The position numbers and the translations under genes were made by a program. A DNA stretch of 64,000 nt, from contig JBGTEY010000010.1 of assembly GCA_041747555.1 (NCBI GenBank), forward strand, positions 2,958-66,957. The letters are read 5' to 3'. Below, piece by piece: positions 1-8,709 of the stretch. Positions within the stretch are counted from its first letter, which is position 1; each line of letters opens with the position of its first letter. Source of the DNA: Patescibacteria group bacterium (GTDB lineage Bacteria > Patescibacteriota > Microgenomatia > UBA1400 > PJMF01). The notes beneath the pieces were generated by a model, which did no database searches, had not been told where the DNA came from, and was given only the letters and a program-made list of their open reading frames with translations.

Positions 1-146
1 GTCACCCATCTTTCTGGCAAGAAATCAAGATTGTCGGTTCGAGGGAGCTCTGTGACACCGTACGGAAGAGCACCCCAGGAATATTTCCAGTATGCTGGAG
101 CCATGCCATGGTTGTAGGCGGCGAATTCTTTTGATGCGAATACCAT
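1..146 (-). CDS. possible 5' part of a hypothetical protein running off the window edge
   Basis: Open minus frame from ATG at 146 (MVFASKEFAAYNHG...) to position 1; no motif recognised. Confidence 0.3.
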   Translation of the reverse strand, partial: MVFASKEFAAYNHGMAPAYWKYSWGALPYGVTELPRTDNLDFLPERWV

Positions 147-288
147 GCCAATGTACCAATACTCATATTTAGACGTTTACTATTTTGATAGTATATACAG
201 ATATGAGGAACTACAAGTACATTTTTTGTAGTTGAAGACCATAAAGCACCATCGAAAATATTGCAATACTATTTACAAAGACATTATC

Positions 289-642
289 ATGCCAAAACAC
301 CCCATCTACACCACCAGCTTCGCCAGCGTCTACCCTCATTACATTGCCAAGGCAGAGAAAAAAGGTCGAACCAAGGCAGAAGTTGATGAAATTATTCGGT
401 GGCTCACCGGACATACTCAGAAGTCACTGGACGCTGAGCTTAAAAAAGAAACTGATTTTGAAACATTTTTTGCAACAGCTCCCAAGATGAACCCGGCTCG
501 CAGATCGATCACGGGTGTTATTTACGGTATCCGGGTCGAGGACATCAAAGAACCTACCATGCAAGAAATTCGCTATCTGGATAAGTTGGTAGATGAGCTG
601 GCGCGGGGGAGGAGCATGGAGAAGATTTTGCGAACTGAGTGA
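289..642 (+). CDS. DUF2200 family protein
   Basis: [36 protein letters not shown]...[14 protein letters not shown] is typical of DUF2200; start taken at ATG 289. Confidence 0.85.
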   Translation: MPKHPIYTTSFASVYPHYIAKAEKKGRTKAEVDEIIRWLTGHTQKSLDAELKKETDFETFFATAPKMNPARRSITGVIYGIRVEDIKEPTMQEIRYLDKLVDELARGRSMEKILRTE

Positions 643-760
643 TACTTTTGTTAGAATAGTGTAAGAAAACAGTAAGAGAAAAAGCTAATTTAGCACTATA
701 CACCAACCCTTTTCAACTATACAATGGCTATAGAATGATATAAAAGAAAAAAAGGGTTAT

Positions 761-1108
761 ATGACAGAATTCGTAGAACAAGTCAAAGTAAAAGCATCAG
801 GAACAGAAAAAATTGAGTACATCATTTATTACATACTCGGTGCACTCGAGTTGATTCTTGCGTTCCGCTTATTGCTCAAGCTCTTGGGCGCGAGCACTGG
901 CAGCGGATTTGTGCGGGCAATCTATGGTATTTCCTCGATATTTGTGATGCCATTTCAGGGCATATTTCGAACAGCAGTTGCGCAGGGTGCAGAAACTGCG
1001 TCGGTGTTTGAGCCGGCCACACTGGTTGCGATCATCGTCTACGGCATTGCAGCTTGGGGTCTGGTGAAGTTGATTCGAATTTCTTCGGGTGAGACGCAGC
1101 CGGAATAG
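761..1108 (+). CDS. YggT-like small membrane protein
   Basis: Hydrophobic helices; RLLLKLLGA...FV..IY..S..FVMPFQGIF pattern. Confidence 0.7.
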   Translation: MTEFVEQVKVKASGTEKIEYIIYYILGALELILAFRLLLKLLGASTGSGFVRAIYGISSIFVMPFQGIFRTAVAQGAETASVFEPATLVAIIVYGIAAWGLVKLIRISSGETQPE

Positions 1109-1155
1109 AAAATAGTTTAGCAGTCTGTTAGGATGCACTTATAGAGTGCATTCCT

Positions 1156-1584
1156 ATGACCAAAGGCATCAACTACATCGGCGTTTCCGTTTCTTTTTTC
1201 TGTCATGATGGTAAGGGGAATTATTTGTTCAGCAAACGAAGTAAAAACTGTCGTGATGAGCATGGTCGCTGGGATCCGGGTGGTGGTGGAGTGGAGTTTG
1301 GCGAACGCGTAGAAGAAGTCCTCAAAAAAGAAATCAAAGAAGAATACTGTGCCGATATCCTAGAAAAAGAATTTCTTGGGTTTCGTGACGTGCACCGCAC
1401 CCATGATGGCCAACAGACCCACTGGGTGACGTTGGATTACAAAGTGTTGCTTGATCCAACGCAGGTTAAGAACGGCGAGCCACATAAATTTGATGAGCTG
1501 GCGTGGTTTCGGCTCGATGCGTTACCCGAGCCGATGCATTCCCAGTTTGGGTTGGCGGTGGAGCAGTATGGGGATAAGTTGTAG
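1156..1584 (+). CDS. NUDIX hydrolase
   Basis: Nudix box GGGVEFGERVEEVLKKEIKEE; C-terminal NGEPHKFDELAWF. Confidence 0.9.
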   Translation: MTKGINYIGVSVSFFCHDGKGNYLFSKRSKNCRDEHGRWDPGGGGVEFGERVEEVLKKEIKEEYCADILEKEFLGFRDVHRTHDGQQTHWVTLDYKVLLDPTQVKNGEPHKFDELAWFRLDALPEPMHSQFGLAVEQYGDKL

Positions 1585-1586
1585 AC

Positions 1587-2645
1587 TCAGCCTTTGTCCT
1601 CTGCAAACGACGCCTTCATATCAATCACAAACCGCTTCGACATCATCTTATTGGTCAAAGAATCCCAAGCCTTATTAATATCTTCCATCGGAATAATCTC
1701 AATTTCTGGTAAAATTCCATGCTCCGCGCTGTACTCGAGCATTTCTTGGGTTTCTTTGATGCCGCCGATGCCAGAGCCTGCAATAGATTTTTGACCGTTT
1801 ATGACACTCCCGGAGTGATATCCAGGCATTGGCTCGATTGGCCCAACCAAGCACAGGGTGCCATGTACATTTAGCAATCCTAGATATGGGGTTACATCAT
1901 GGGCTTTTGGAATGGTGTCGAGGATAAAATCAAACTTGTGAGCAGCTTTTTCCATGTCTTTTTTAGAAGAAGAAACGATTACGCCAGTTGCGCCATAGGA
2001 TTTAGCAGTATCAGCCTTATCTGCAGATGAAGTGATCACCCAGACCTCTGCACCCATCGCCTTTGCATATTTCACTGCCATGTGCCCAAGGCCACCAAGC
2101 CCAGCCACGGCCACGGTCATGCCTGGCCCAACTTTCCAGCGACGAAGCGGTGAATAGGTGGTGATGCCCGCACACAGTAATGGAGCAGCTTCTGCCAGAT
2201 CGAGTGATTCTGGTAAATGCAAGACAAAATGCTCTGGGACGACAATTAAAGTAGAGTAGCCGCCTTTGGTATCGGTGCCATCGACAGGGTCTTTGGAGCT
2301 GTAAGTCCACACGGTAGCATCGAAACATGCATTCTCATACCCACGCTCACACGCGCCGCACTCGCCACAGCTATTGACCATGCAGCCAACCCCAACGCGG
2401 TCACCGACTTTAAAATTTTTCACGTCTTTACCCACGCGAGTCACAAATCCCACAATCTCATGCCCGGGAACACACGGATACTCAACCTCACCCCAATCAC
2501 CATGGGCTGTGTGGATGTCGCTGTGACAAACGCCACAGTAATGAACTTCTATTTCGACGTCGGTGGCGGTTGGTTCGCGGCGGTCAAATTCGTGGTAGGT
2601 AAGAGGTTTATCAGCGGCAGGCGCTGCGAAGGATTTGGTTTTCAT
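1587..2645 (-). CDS. Zn-dependent NAD(P) alcohol dehydrogenase (cinnamyl-ADH/YahK-like)
   Basis: CGVCHSD, GHEIVG, structural Zn CGECGAC..C, APLLCAGITTYSPL, GLGGLGH. Confidence 0.95.
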   Translation of the reverse strand: MKTKSFAAPAADKPLTYHEFDRREPTATDVEIEVHYCGVCHSDIHTAHGDWGEVEYPCVPGHEIVGFVTRVGKDVKNFKVGDRVGVGCMVNSCGECGACERGYENACFDATVWTYSSKDPVDGTDTKGGYSTLIVVPEHFVLHLPESLDLAEAAPLLCAGITTYSPLRRWKVGPGMTVAVAGLGGLGHMAVKYAKAMGAEVWVITSSADKADTAKSYGATGVIVSSSKKDMEKAAHKFDFILDTIPKAHDVTPYLGLLNVHGTLCLVGPIEPMPGYHSGSVINGQKSIAGSGIGGIKETQEMLEYSAEHGILPEIEIIPMEDINKAWDSLTNKMMSKRFVIDMKASFAEDKG

Positions 2646-2740
2646 AATTTTATTATCTCATGGGGGTGGGGTTTTGCAAGGGAGTTGAAAGGAAGCGTTG
2701 ATATAGTTTGGTATCGCAATGTATCATTGCTTGCGGTATG

Positions 2741-2825
2741 TTACATTAGAGTTGACATTATATGAATAATAGTTTACATTAGAGTTTACATTAAGATTAA
2801 TTATATTACATTAAGGATTACAATA
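2741..2825 (+). promoter_or_regulatory. sigma70 promoter overlapped by six TTACATTA-like direct repeats (putative operator array)
   Basis: Repeats at 2741, 2753, 2774, 2786, 2806 and 2818; TTGACA 2752-2757, 17 bp spacer, TACATT 2775-2780. Confidence 0.7.
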
Positions 2826-2828
2826 AAC

Positions 2829-3851
2829 ATGACAATCAAATCACTAATTCTAAAAATTGCAGACAAGAAAAAAAAGATGCAAACCTCAGATATCCAGAGG
2901 AAAACTAACGAATATACGAGACAGTATATCGTGCAAAACTTAAAGGAGCTCACGAACAGTGGGCAATTGGTCAGGTTTGGAGCGGGTGCAGGAACGTTTT
3001 ATACACTGCCAGAAAATGTAATGTCTCTGAATAATAAATTAAAAAAAAGACTAAAGAACAAAAACCTAAAGGAGCACGAAATATACTTTCATTTTGAACA
3101 GAAACTTCATTTGAAGGAAACACTTGACGAAAACGTATATAGTATTTTTACTTATGCATTCTCAGAAATGTTAAATAATGCAATTGAGCACTCCGAATCA
3201 GAGAATATCGAAGTGAGTTATTTTGATAGTAAAAAAAATATATCTTTTGAGATTAGAGACTTCGGCATTGGTGCATTCAAAAATGTACAGCATAAGCATA
3301 AGTTGAAATCAGAGCTAGAGGCCATTCAAGATATACTTAAAGGTAAGACAACCACGAATCCCAAAGCCCATTCTGGTCAAGGAATTTTCTTTACTTCAAA
3401 AATTGCTGATTTATTTATTCTCGAGAGTTATGGGTATCGGTTGAGAATCGATAATGGAATCCCAGATACCTTTATCGAGAAGGTATCACCAAGTGCTAGA
3501 GGCACTAAAGTAAATTTTACTATCAGCGCAAATTCTGAAAAGCATTTAAGTGATGTTTTTTCAGCCTATCAGACAGATCCCGATGGGTATGACTTCGATA
3601 AAACCAGAATTCTAGTTAAGCTATACACATTAGGAACTGTGTATGTGTCTCGGTCTCAGGCAAGGAGAATACTAGCTAGTTTGGAAAAATATAAACATAT
3701 TGTTCTTGATTTTCAAAATGTACCAACGATAGGACAAGCGTTTGCCGACGAGATTTTCAGAGTCTTTCAAACCAGACACCCCGATATAGTTATTGAGCCC
3801 GTTAATATGGTAGAAACAGTGGAATTCATGGTTAAGCGAGTTGATAGGTAG
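2829..3851 (+). CDS. winged-HTH + HATPase_c + STAS-like (DUF4325) protein
   Basis: N-terminal wHTH-like segment; EMLNNAIEHS (N box), DFGIG, HSGQGIFF; C-terminal LDFQNVPTIGQAFADEIFRVF. Confidence 0.85.
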   Translation: MTIKSLILKIADKKKKMQTSDIQRKTNEYTRQYIVQNLKELTNSGQLVRFGAGAGTFYTLPENVMSLNNKLKKRLKNKNLKEHEIYFHFEQKLHLKETLDENVYSIFTYAFSEMLNNAIEHSESENIEVSYFDSKKNISFEIRDFGIGAFKNVQHKHKLKSELEAIQDILKGKTTTNPKAHSGQGIFFTSKIADLFILESYGYRLRIDNGIPDTFIEKVSPSARGTKVNFTISANSEKHLSDVFSAYQTDPDGYDFDKTRILVKLYTLGTVYVSRSQARRILASLEKYKHIVLDFQNVPTIGQAFADEIFRVFQTRHPDIVIEPVNMVETVEFMVKRVDR

Positions 3852-3925
3852 GGTGCGCGTGGAACTCAGTCCAATGCTCCAGCATTGCAATTCGAATCTA
3901 ATCGGTCCTCTGCTACAATATATTC

Positions 3926-4345
3926 ATGAAATTCCTCAACGCAGACCAAGAACTCGTAGAGTACGACGGCTCTCCCATAACCTGGAGAGTTTCAGCATAT
4001 GCACTTATTGAAAAAGATGGCGAAATTTTCATCATAAAAAATAAAACAGAAAAATTGTACGACATCGTGGGTGGTGGCGTTGAAATTGGCGAAACCATTG
4101 ACGAAGCCCTGCAGAGAGAATGTTTAGAAGAAGGTGGCATCACTATCCAGACTGGCAAGTTGCTGCACGCCCATGTTGATTGGTTTTATCACAAGAGCGG
4201 GACGTTTTTTCAGACGTGTCAGCTATTTTATAGAGCGACCATACAAGAATACTTAGATGCACCCACTGATGATGCTATGGAATGGCGGGGATTTGTTCCC
4301 GTGTCTGAGATTGGCAAAACATATCGATTGCCACCAATTGTATAA
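3926..4345 (+). CDS. NUDIX hydrolase
   Basis: GGGVEIGETIDEALQRECLEEGG Nudix box. Confidence 0.9.
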   Translation: MKFLNADQELVEYDGSPITWRVSAYALIEKDGEIFIIKNKTEKLYDIVGGGVEIGETIDEALQRECLEEGGITIQTGKLLHAHVDWFYHKSGTFFQTCQLFYRATIQEYLDAPTDDAMEWRGFVPVSEIGKTYRLPPIV

Positions 4346-4377
4346 CAAGTCATTGCAGAAAATACATAGGAGAAATC

Positions 4378-4983
4378 ATGCCAAAAGCACCAAAAAACCC
4401 AAGTAAGCCAATCGAGCGCGCAGAAATGAGGCAGACGCTCACCGCAGAAGAATGTCAGATGATCCTCAAAAAACTCCAGAATCGTTTTGATGCAAACATG
4501 CAGCGACACAAGGGCATGACGTGGTCCAGCGTTCATGAAAAACTTAAAAAACACCCCAAGAAATTACTCACACTCGAGGCAATGGAACGCTCAGGCGGTG
4601 AACCTGATGTGGTGGTGCTCAAAGGTGAATCTGACAAAGTAATTTTCATAGACTGCTCCCCAGAAAGCCCAAAAGGCCGCAGGAGCACCTGCTTTGATCC
4701 AGAATCACTCAAATCCAGAAAAGAACACAAGCCAAACGCCAGCGCGGTTGGCATGGCGAAAGCTATGGGTATTGAAATCCTCACAGAGCAGCAGTACAGA
4801 CAACTACAAGAAGTCGGGGAGTTTGATCTCAAGACCTCTAGTTGGGTTCAGACTCCTGCTGCCATCAGAAAGCTTGGTGGAGCGCTGTTTTGTGACCGGC
4901 GGTATGATGCGGTTTTTATGTATCATAATGGCGCGGAGTCGTATTATGGATCGAGAGGGTTTCGGGGGATGGTGCGGGTTTGA
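4378..4983 (+). CDS. DUF4256 family protein
   Basis: MERSGGEPDVV, DCSPESPKGRRS.C.D, FDLKTSSW, YHNGAESYY..RGFRG; AGGAG SD. Confidence 0.85.
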   Translation: MPKAPKNPSKPIERAEMRQTLTAEECQMILKKLQNRFDANMQRHKGMTWSSVHEKLKKHPKKLLTLEAMERSGGEPDVVVLKGESDKVIFIDCSPESPKGRRSTCFDPESLKSRKEHKPNASAVGMAKAMGIEILTEQQYRQLQEVGEFDLKTSSWVQTPAAIRKLGGALFCDRRYDAVFMYHNGAESYYGSRGFRGMVRV

Positions 4984-5038
4984 GTGAGGTAGACGCGATG
5001 CTTGTCAGTTGGGGTGACGAAAAGTAGCGCTCTAATGA

Positions 5039-5743
5039 TTACATCCTTTTGAAATCTCTAAACACATGTTTTGTTACTTTTGCAATTACGCCCCTGGGCA
5101 TTTGAGGCAATGCTGCGAGTGATTTCAATGCAAACGTTGTTGCTAAAACAACTGCAAGTGAGAGACGATTATGATGCGCGATCTGTCCTTTTTCCCTATC
5201 TTCTTCGATATCAATAAGTGAATCAAATATATTTGCAGCCTGAGCAACGGTGGTGAGCCATTTTTTAATGTTTTCAAACTCGTTTTTGTCGATATCATCT
5301 TCAATGATGCTCAGTAGAAAATCGATTGTTGAGACTGCTTCAGTGAGTGTGCTCTTGGTGAATGATGTTACGCTTTGAGCGTTTTTTACGAGCTCTGTAG
5401 TTTGAAAAAGCTGTATGGCTTTCATTCTAACCTTCTTCGATTTTTCAGGTGGAAAGGAGGCAACATAGTACTTAAGGAAAATTTGCGGGAAAGACATTTG
5501 ATCAATGCTAACTTCTGTTTCAGAAAACAATTGATCGACAAGCGTTGTCGCAACCTGATTGCGCTTTTCATTTGACGGTAGTGCATCAAGTATTTCGTCA
5601 GCTTCCTTAATAGCCATCATGGCATATTGAAGTATTTGTTCAACTTCATGACGTTCAACACTCGGATCTTTACATTCAATTAGCCTAGCAAGGTAGATTC
5701 CTGCATCTCCGTATAGCTTGGTTGGTCGCGTAATTTCGTGCAT
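5039..5743 (-). CDS. hypothetical all-alpha protein, possibly class I isoprenoid-synthase-like fold
   Basis: 234 aa; Asp-rich motifs DEILD and NIFDSLIDIEEDREKG. Confidence 0.55.
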   Translation of the reverse strand: MHEITRPTKLYGDAGIYLARLIECKDPSVERHEVEQILQYAMMAIKEADEILDALPSNEKRNQVATTLVDQLFSETEVSIDQMSFPQIFLKYYVASFPPEKSKKVRMKAIQLFQTTELVKNAQSVTSFTKSTLTEAVSTIDFLLSIIEDDIDKNEFENIKKWLTTVAQAANIFDSLIDIEEDREKGQIAHHNRLSLAVVLATTFALKSLAALPQMPRGVIAKVTKHVFRDFKRM

Positions 5744-5808
5744 GAGGCGTATATATTGATATGTTGGCTCGATCAGTACTTTTTGCTATATAATTATACA
5801 TCAAAACC

Positions 5809-7347
5809 ATGCTAAAGCGCACAATTGAACTAGCTAGAAACACTTTGCAAGCAAAGAATGACTTCCAGGCTCTCAAAATGAGAAGGCCAGTTAATTTTTT
5901 TGAAGTCACTGCATTTGGTTCTCTCATGTCGCTGTCAAAAGACCTACCGGCACCATCAAAAATGGGGATACAACATCTGTATCTGCTTCAAGATTTTATG
6001 GAGCGCCAAAACTTTCGCACTGATGAGGCAGGTATGAGTGAGTCAATCTGGGACCAGCAATGCATTCTAGAGCTCCATGCACTACTGTCTCAGATAGCAG
6101 CTGAGTATGAGAACACACATGGTGACGATGCAGAATCTCGTTTCTCGGTATTTTTTTCAGCTCTACAAGCTTGGTACTGCAGTAATCCGATTATCGAGGA
6201 TTTTATTCATGAAAAACAAGCTCATCCAGATCCAGACCAGTCAGCCATCTTGAACAGGATATCTAACACAGACCCATCAGAAAGAGCAAGTGTTCATAAA
6301 GAGGAAGTAGCCATGCTTTGGATTTCTGCATCATTAGCCGCATTGTATGAGGGGTCGAGTACAGAAATTGAAAGTGCCACTGAATGTACGCATACACTGA
6401 CAATGCTCTATCAAGTTTCTGAAGATTTTGTTAATCTCGAGCGAGATTGGAGGGTGAATAAAAAATCGCTATTCACGTCTGGTTTTGATTCGCTTCAAGA
6501 AGCAAAGCGAGCAGGGCTGAAATTGTTCTTAAAATATTTGCAGAAATACTTTTCTGTGATAGAAAATAATTTTCTAAAGCTTGTTATTGTAGAAGTTTGG
6601 CTTGTGCGTACTATTCACGCGTATTTGGCAGCAAAGAAGTATGGCACTGTCTGGCGTCAAATTGATCGATATCAATCCGCAGATCTAAAGGAGCGGCAAA
6701 TAGGTGGAATGCATTTAGATAATTCTTTACAACTCCCGCTCAAGGGGGGATTGAAGCCACTCATTGCCCAGTCCAAACATTCAGATGTGTATCAGCACGA
6801 GGATGTGGTGATCAAGGTCCCCAAAAAGGCGCGCGAAAGTACACACACGCTTGCTGAAATAGTGGAAGTACCAGAGGGCATGCGAGTTGAGTCAACCAGT
6901 GATGTTTTGATATCAGGGAATGATGCCGAAGGAATGCAAATATCAGTACAGAAAAAAGTTGATGGTTCTACACTGAGAAACATGGGTTTAGAAGGTTTGT
7001 CAGTAGATGCACTGCAGTCACTTCTGCAGCTGAATGCAATCGAGCAGAACTTGCTGCGCGACGGCATGTTCTTTGACTCGGTTGGCAGGGGTTCTGAATC
7101 GAGTGACGGGATGCTCACTAAGGTAAAAATGCTCCTAAATTTGTATGGATACTCCTCTAATATCATGCAATCTCAGGATGGAGAACTAGTTATTATTGAT
7201 GAGGAAGTATATGACAACAAATCCCCATTATTTCGTTTCGTCATCGGGGTGGCACTGAAGCTAAATAGGCTGAAACTATCAGGACTAGCTAAAAAGCAGC
7301 CTAATTTAAAACCAAAATCCCGGCATTCAAAAGCGTCGCAAAACTAA
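5809..7347 (+). CDS. hypothetical protein: helical N-domain plus kinase-like C-terminal domain
   Basis: 512 aa; QVSEDFVNLERD motif; C-terminal VVIKVPK...SNIM...LVIIDEE resembling kinase subdomains. Confidence 0.55.
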   Translation: MLKRTIELARNTLQAKNDFQALKMRRPVNFFEVTAFGSLMSLSKDLPAPSKMGIQHLYLLQDFMERQNFRTDEAGMSESIWDQQCILELHALLSQIAAEYENTHGDDAESRFSVFFSALQAWYCSNPIIEDFIHEKQAHPDPDQSAILNRISNTDPSERASVHKEEVAMLWISASLAALYEGSSTEIESATECTHTLTMLYQVSEDFVNLERDWRVNKKSLFTSGFDSLQEAKRAGLKLFLKYLQKYFSVIENNFLKLVIVEVWLVRTIHAYLAAKKYGTVWRQIDRYQSADLKERQIGGMHLDNSLQLPLKGGLKPLIAQSKHSDVYQHEDVVIKVPKKARESTHTLAEIVEVPEGMRVESTSDVLISGNDAEGMQISVQKKVDGSTLRNMGLEGLSVDALQSLLQLNAIEQNLLRDGMFFDSVGRGSESSDGMLTKVKMLLNLYGYSSNIMQSQDGELVIIDEEVYDNKSPLFRFVIGVALKLNRLKLSGLAKKQPNLKPKSRHSKASQN

Positions 7348-7771
7348 CCCACAGTAAATACGGCACCAAGAGATACGCCGCCCAACGCGACAGTGGATAA
7401 AATTTCTTAATCGTCAACACAATCATCACCCACATCGCGAGGATCACGACCAAAGCCAGCGCAGGTGATTTCAATCCAAAAAAGATCGGACTCCAAATAA
7501 AATTTAATGCCAACTGCGCTGCAAAATACTTGAGCGCGGTTCTATTTTTCTTCTTAGAAGTCCCTTGCTGCCAAACCAAATACAACGATACACCCATCAA
7601 AAAGTACAAAATCGTCCACGCAGGTCCAAACACCCAATTGGGTGGCGCAAAGAATGGTTTGTTGAGGGTGGCGTACCACGTGGGGATGGCGTTGATGGTG
7701 AACGGGGTGCCGAGGATGCCGGTGAGTTGGCAGAGGATTAGAGATGCGAGGAGTTTTTTTGGGTTTTGCAT
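7301..7771 (-). CDS. tspO: TspO/MBR tryptophan-rich sensory protein
   Basis: WYATLNKPFFAPPNWVFGPAWTILY, QLALNFIWSPIFFG, LLVPYLLWVSFATLLN. Confidence 0.95.
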   Translation of the reverse strand: MQNPKKLLASLILCQLTGILGTPFTINAIPTWYATLNKPFFAPPNWVFGPAWTILYFLMGVSLYLVWQQGTSKKKNRTALKYFAAQLALNFIWSPIFFGLKSPALALVVILAMWVMIVLTIKKFYPLSRWAAYLLVPYLLWVSFATLLNAGILVLN

Positions 7772-7844
7772 TGGTGTTAGTATGATGAAATTTTAGGTGG
7801 TGCGCAATGGAGTGTTGGCTAGTAGTTGATGATATGATTCAAGA

Positions 7845-8351
7845 ATGACAGAAATATCAAAATCCCACGCCATAAAAACCCTCAACACCGAGTACCAACG
7901 CTGGAACTCTTTTTTATCTAAAGTAGACGACACTACTGCACTCCAGGTTCTCTACGACAACCGACGCCTCAAAGACGAGGTGGCACACCTGTGGGCATGG
8001 CAGGTGTTGTCAGTTGCGCGGTTGAAGGCGGTGATTGAGGATACTGATCCTGATTTTTCTGAAATTATTAAGGATGATTTTGTACCTGAGAATGATGAGG
8101 AATGGGATGCGTTTAATGAATTAGTTTTTGTCACCTATCACGCAAAATCATGGAATGAAATCTATCAAGATTGGCAGGAGAATTATCAGAACTTCATGTC
8201 TCTGGCAGAAGAAATTTCTGAGGAGGTGTATTTAGAGCCAGGGTTGTTTGCATGGATGGGTGGGCAGGCGTTGATTGATGTGTTGTATGGGTCGGCGGGG
8301 CATCATGGGGGGCATTGGGGGAGTGTGGAGAAGATGAAGGGGTTAAAGTAG
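7845..8351 (+). CDS. DinB/ClbS-DfsB-like four-helix-bundle protein
   Basis: KDEVAHLWAW, WDAFNELVF and C-terminal HH..H. Confidence 0.7.
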   Translation: MTEISKSHAIKTLNTEYQRWNSFLSKVDDTTALQVLYDNRRLKDEVAHLWAWQVLSVARLKAVIEDTDPDFSEIIKDDFVPENDEEWDAFNELVFVTYHAKSWNEIYQDWQENYQNFMSLAEEISEEVYLEPGLFAWMGGQALIDVLYGSAGHHGGHWGSVEKMKGLK

Positions 8352-8379
8352 CCTGTTTTTGATACAATACTACTCAAGA

Positions 8380-8709
8380 ATGAAAAAAATACTCCAAAAG
8401 TTACTTGAGTTTAGGGAACAACGTGATTGGCATCAATTTAATACACCTCAAAATATAGTAAAATCGATTGTTCTTGAAGCTGCGGAGTTACTCGAGGTCT
8501 TTCAATGGAAAATTAATGAGAAAATTGATTCCGAGGAAAAAGAAAAGATAGCAGAGGAAATGGCAGATATTTTCAACTGGTTGATCCTCCTTTCCCATGA
8601 CTTAAACATTGATATTCAAAAAGAGGCTCTAAAAAAAATAAAGCAAAATGCTGAAAAGTATCCAGTCAATAAATCAAAAGGTAGTCCCAAGAAATATACA
8701 CGCTTATGA
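8380..8709 (+). CDS. MazG-like nucleotide pyrophosphohydrolase (dCTP pyrophosphatase-like)
   Basis: FREQRDWHQF.TP.N, EAAELLEVFQW, EEMADI, K...NAEKYP. Confidence 0.9.
   Translation: MKKILQKLLEFREQRDWHQFNTPQNIVKSIVLEAAELLEVFQWKINEKIDSEEKEKIAEEMADIFNWLILLSHDLNIDIQKEALKKIKQNAEKYPVNKSKGSPKKYTRL

Noticed and set aside
209-233. AACTACAA...TTGTAGTT inverted repeat as a BlaI box
   Set aside because: Half-site spacing differs from ACTAC-N5-GTAGT; function unsupported
2741-2825. TTACATTA repeats as a CRISPR array or iterons
   Set aside because: Units are only 8 bp, with no spacers of CRISPR length and no cas or rep gene; they overlap a promoter
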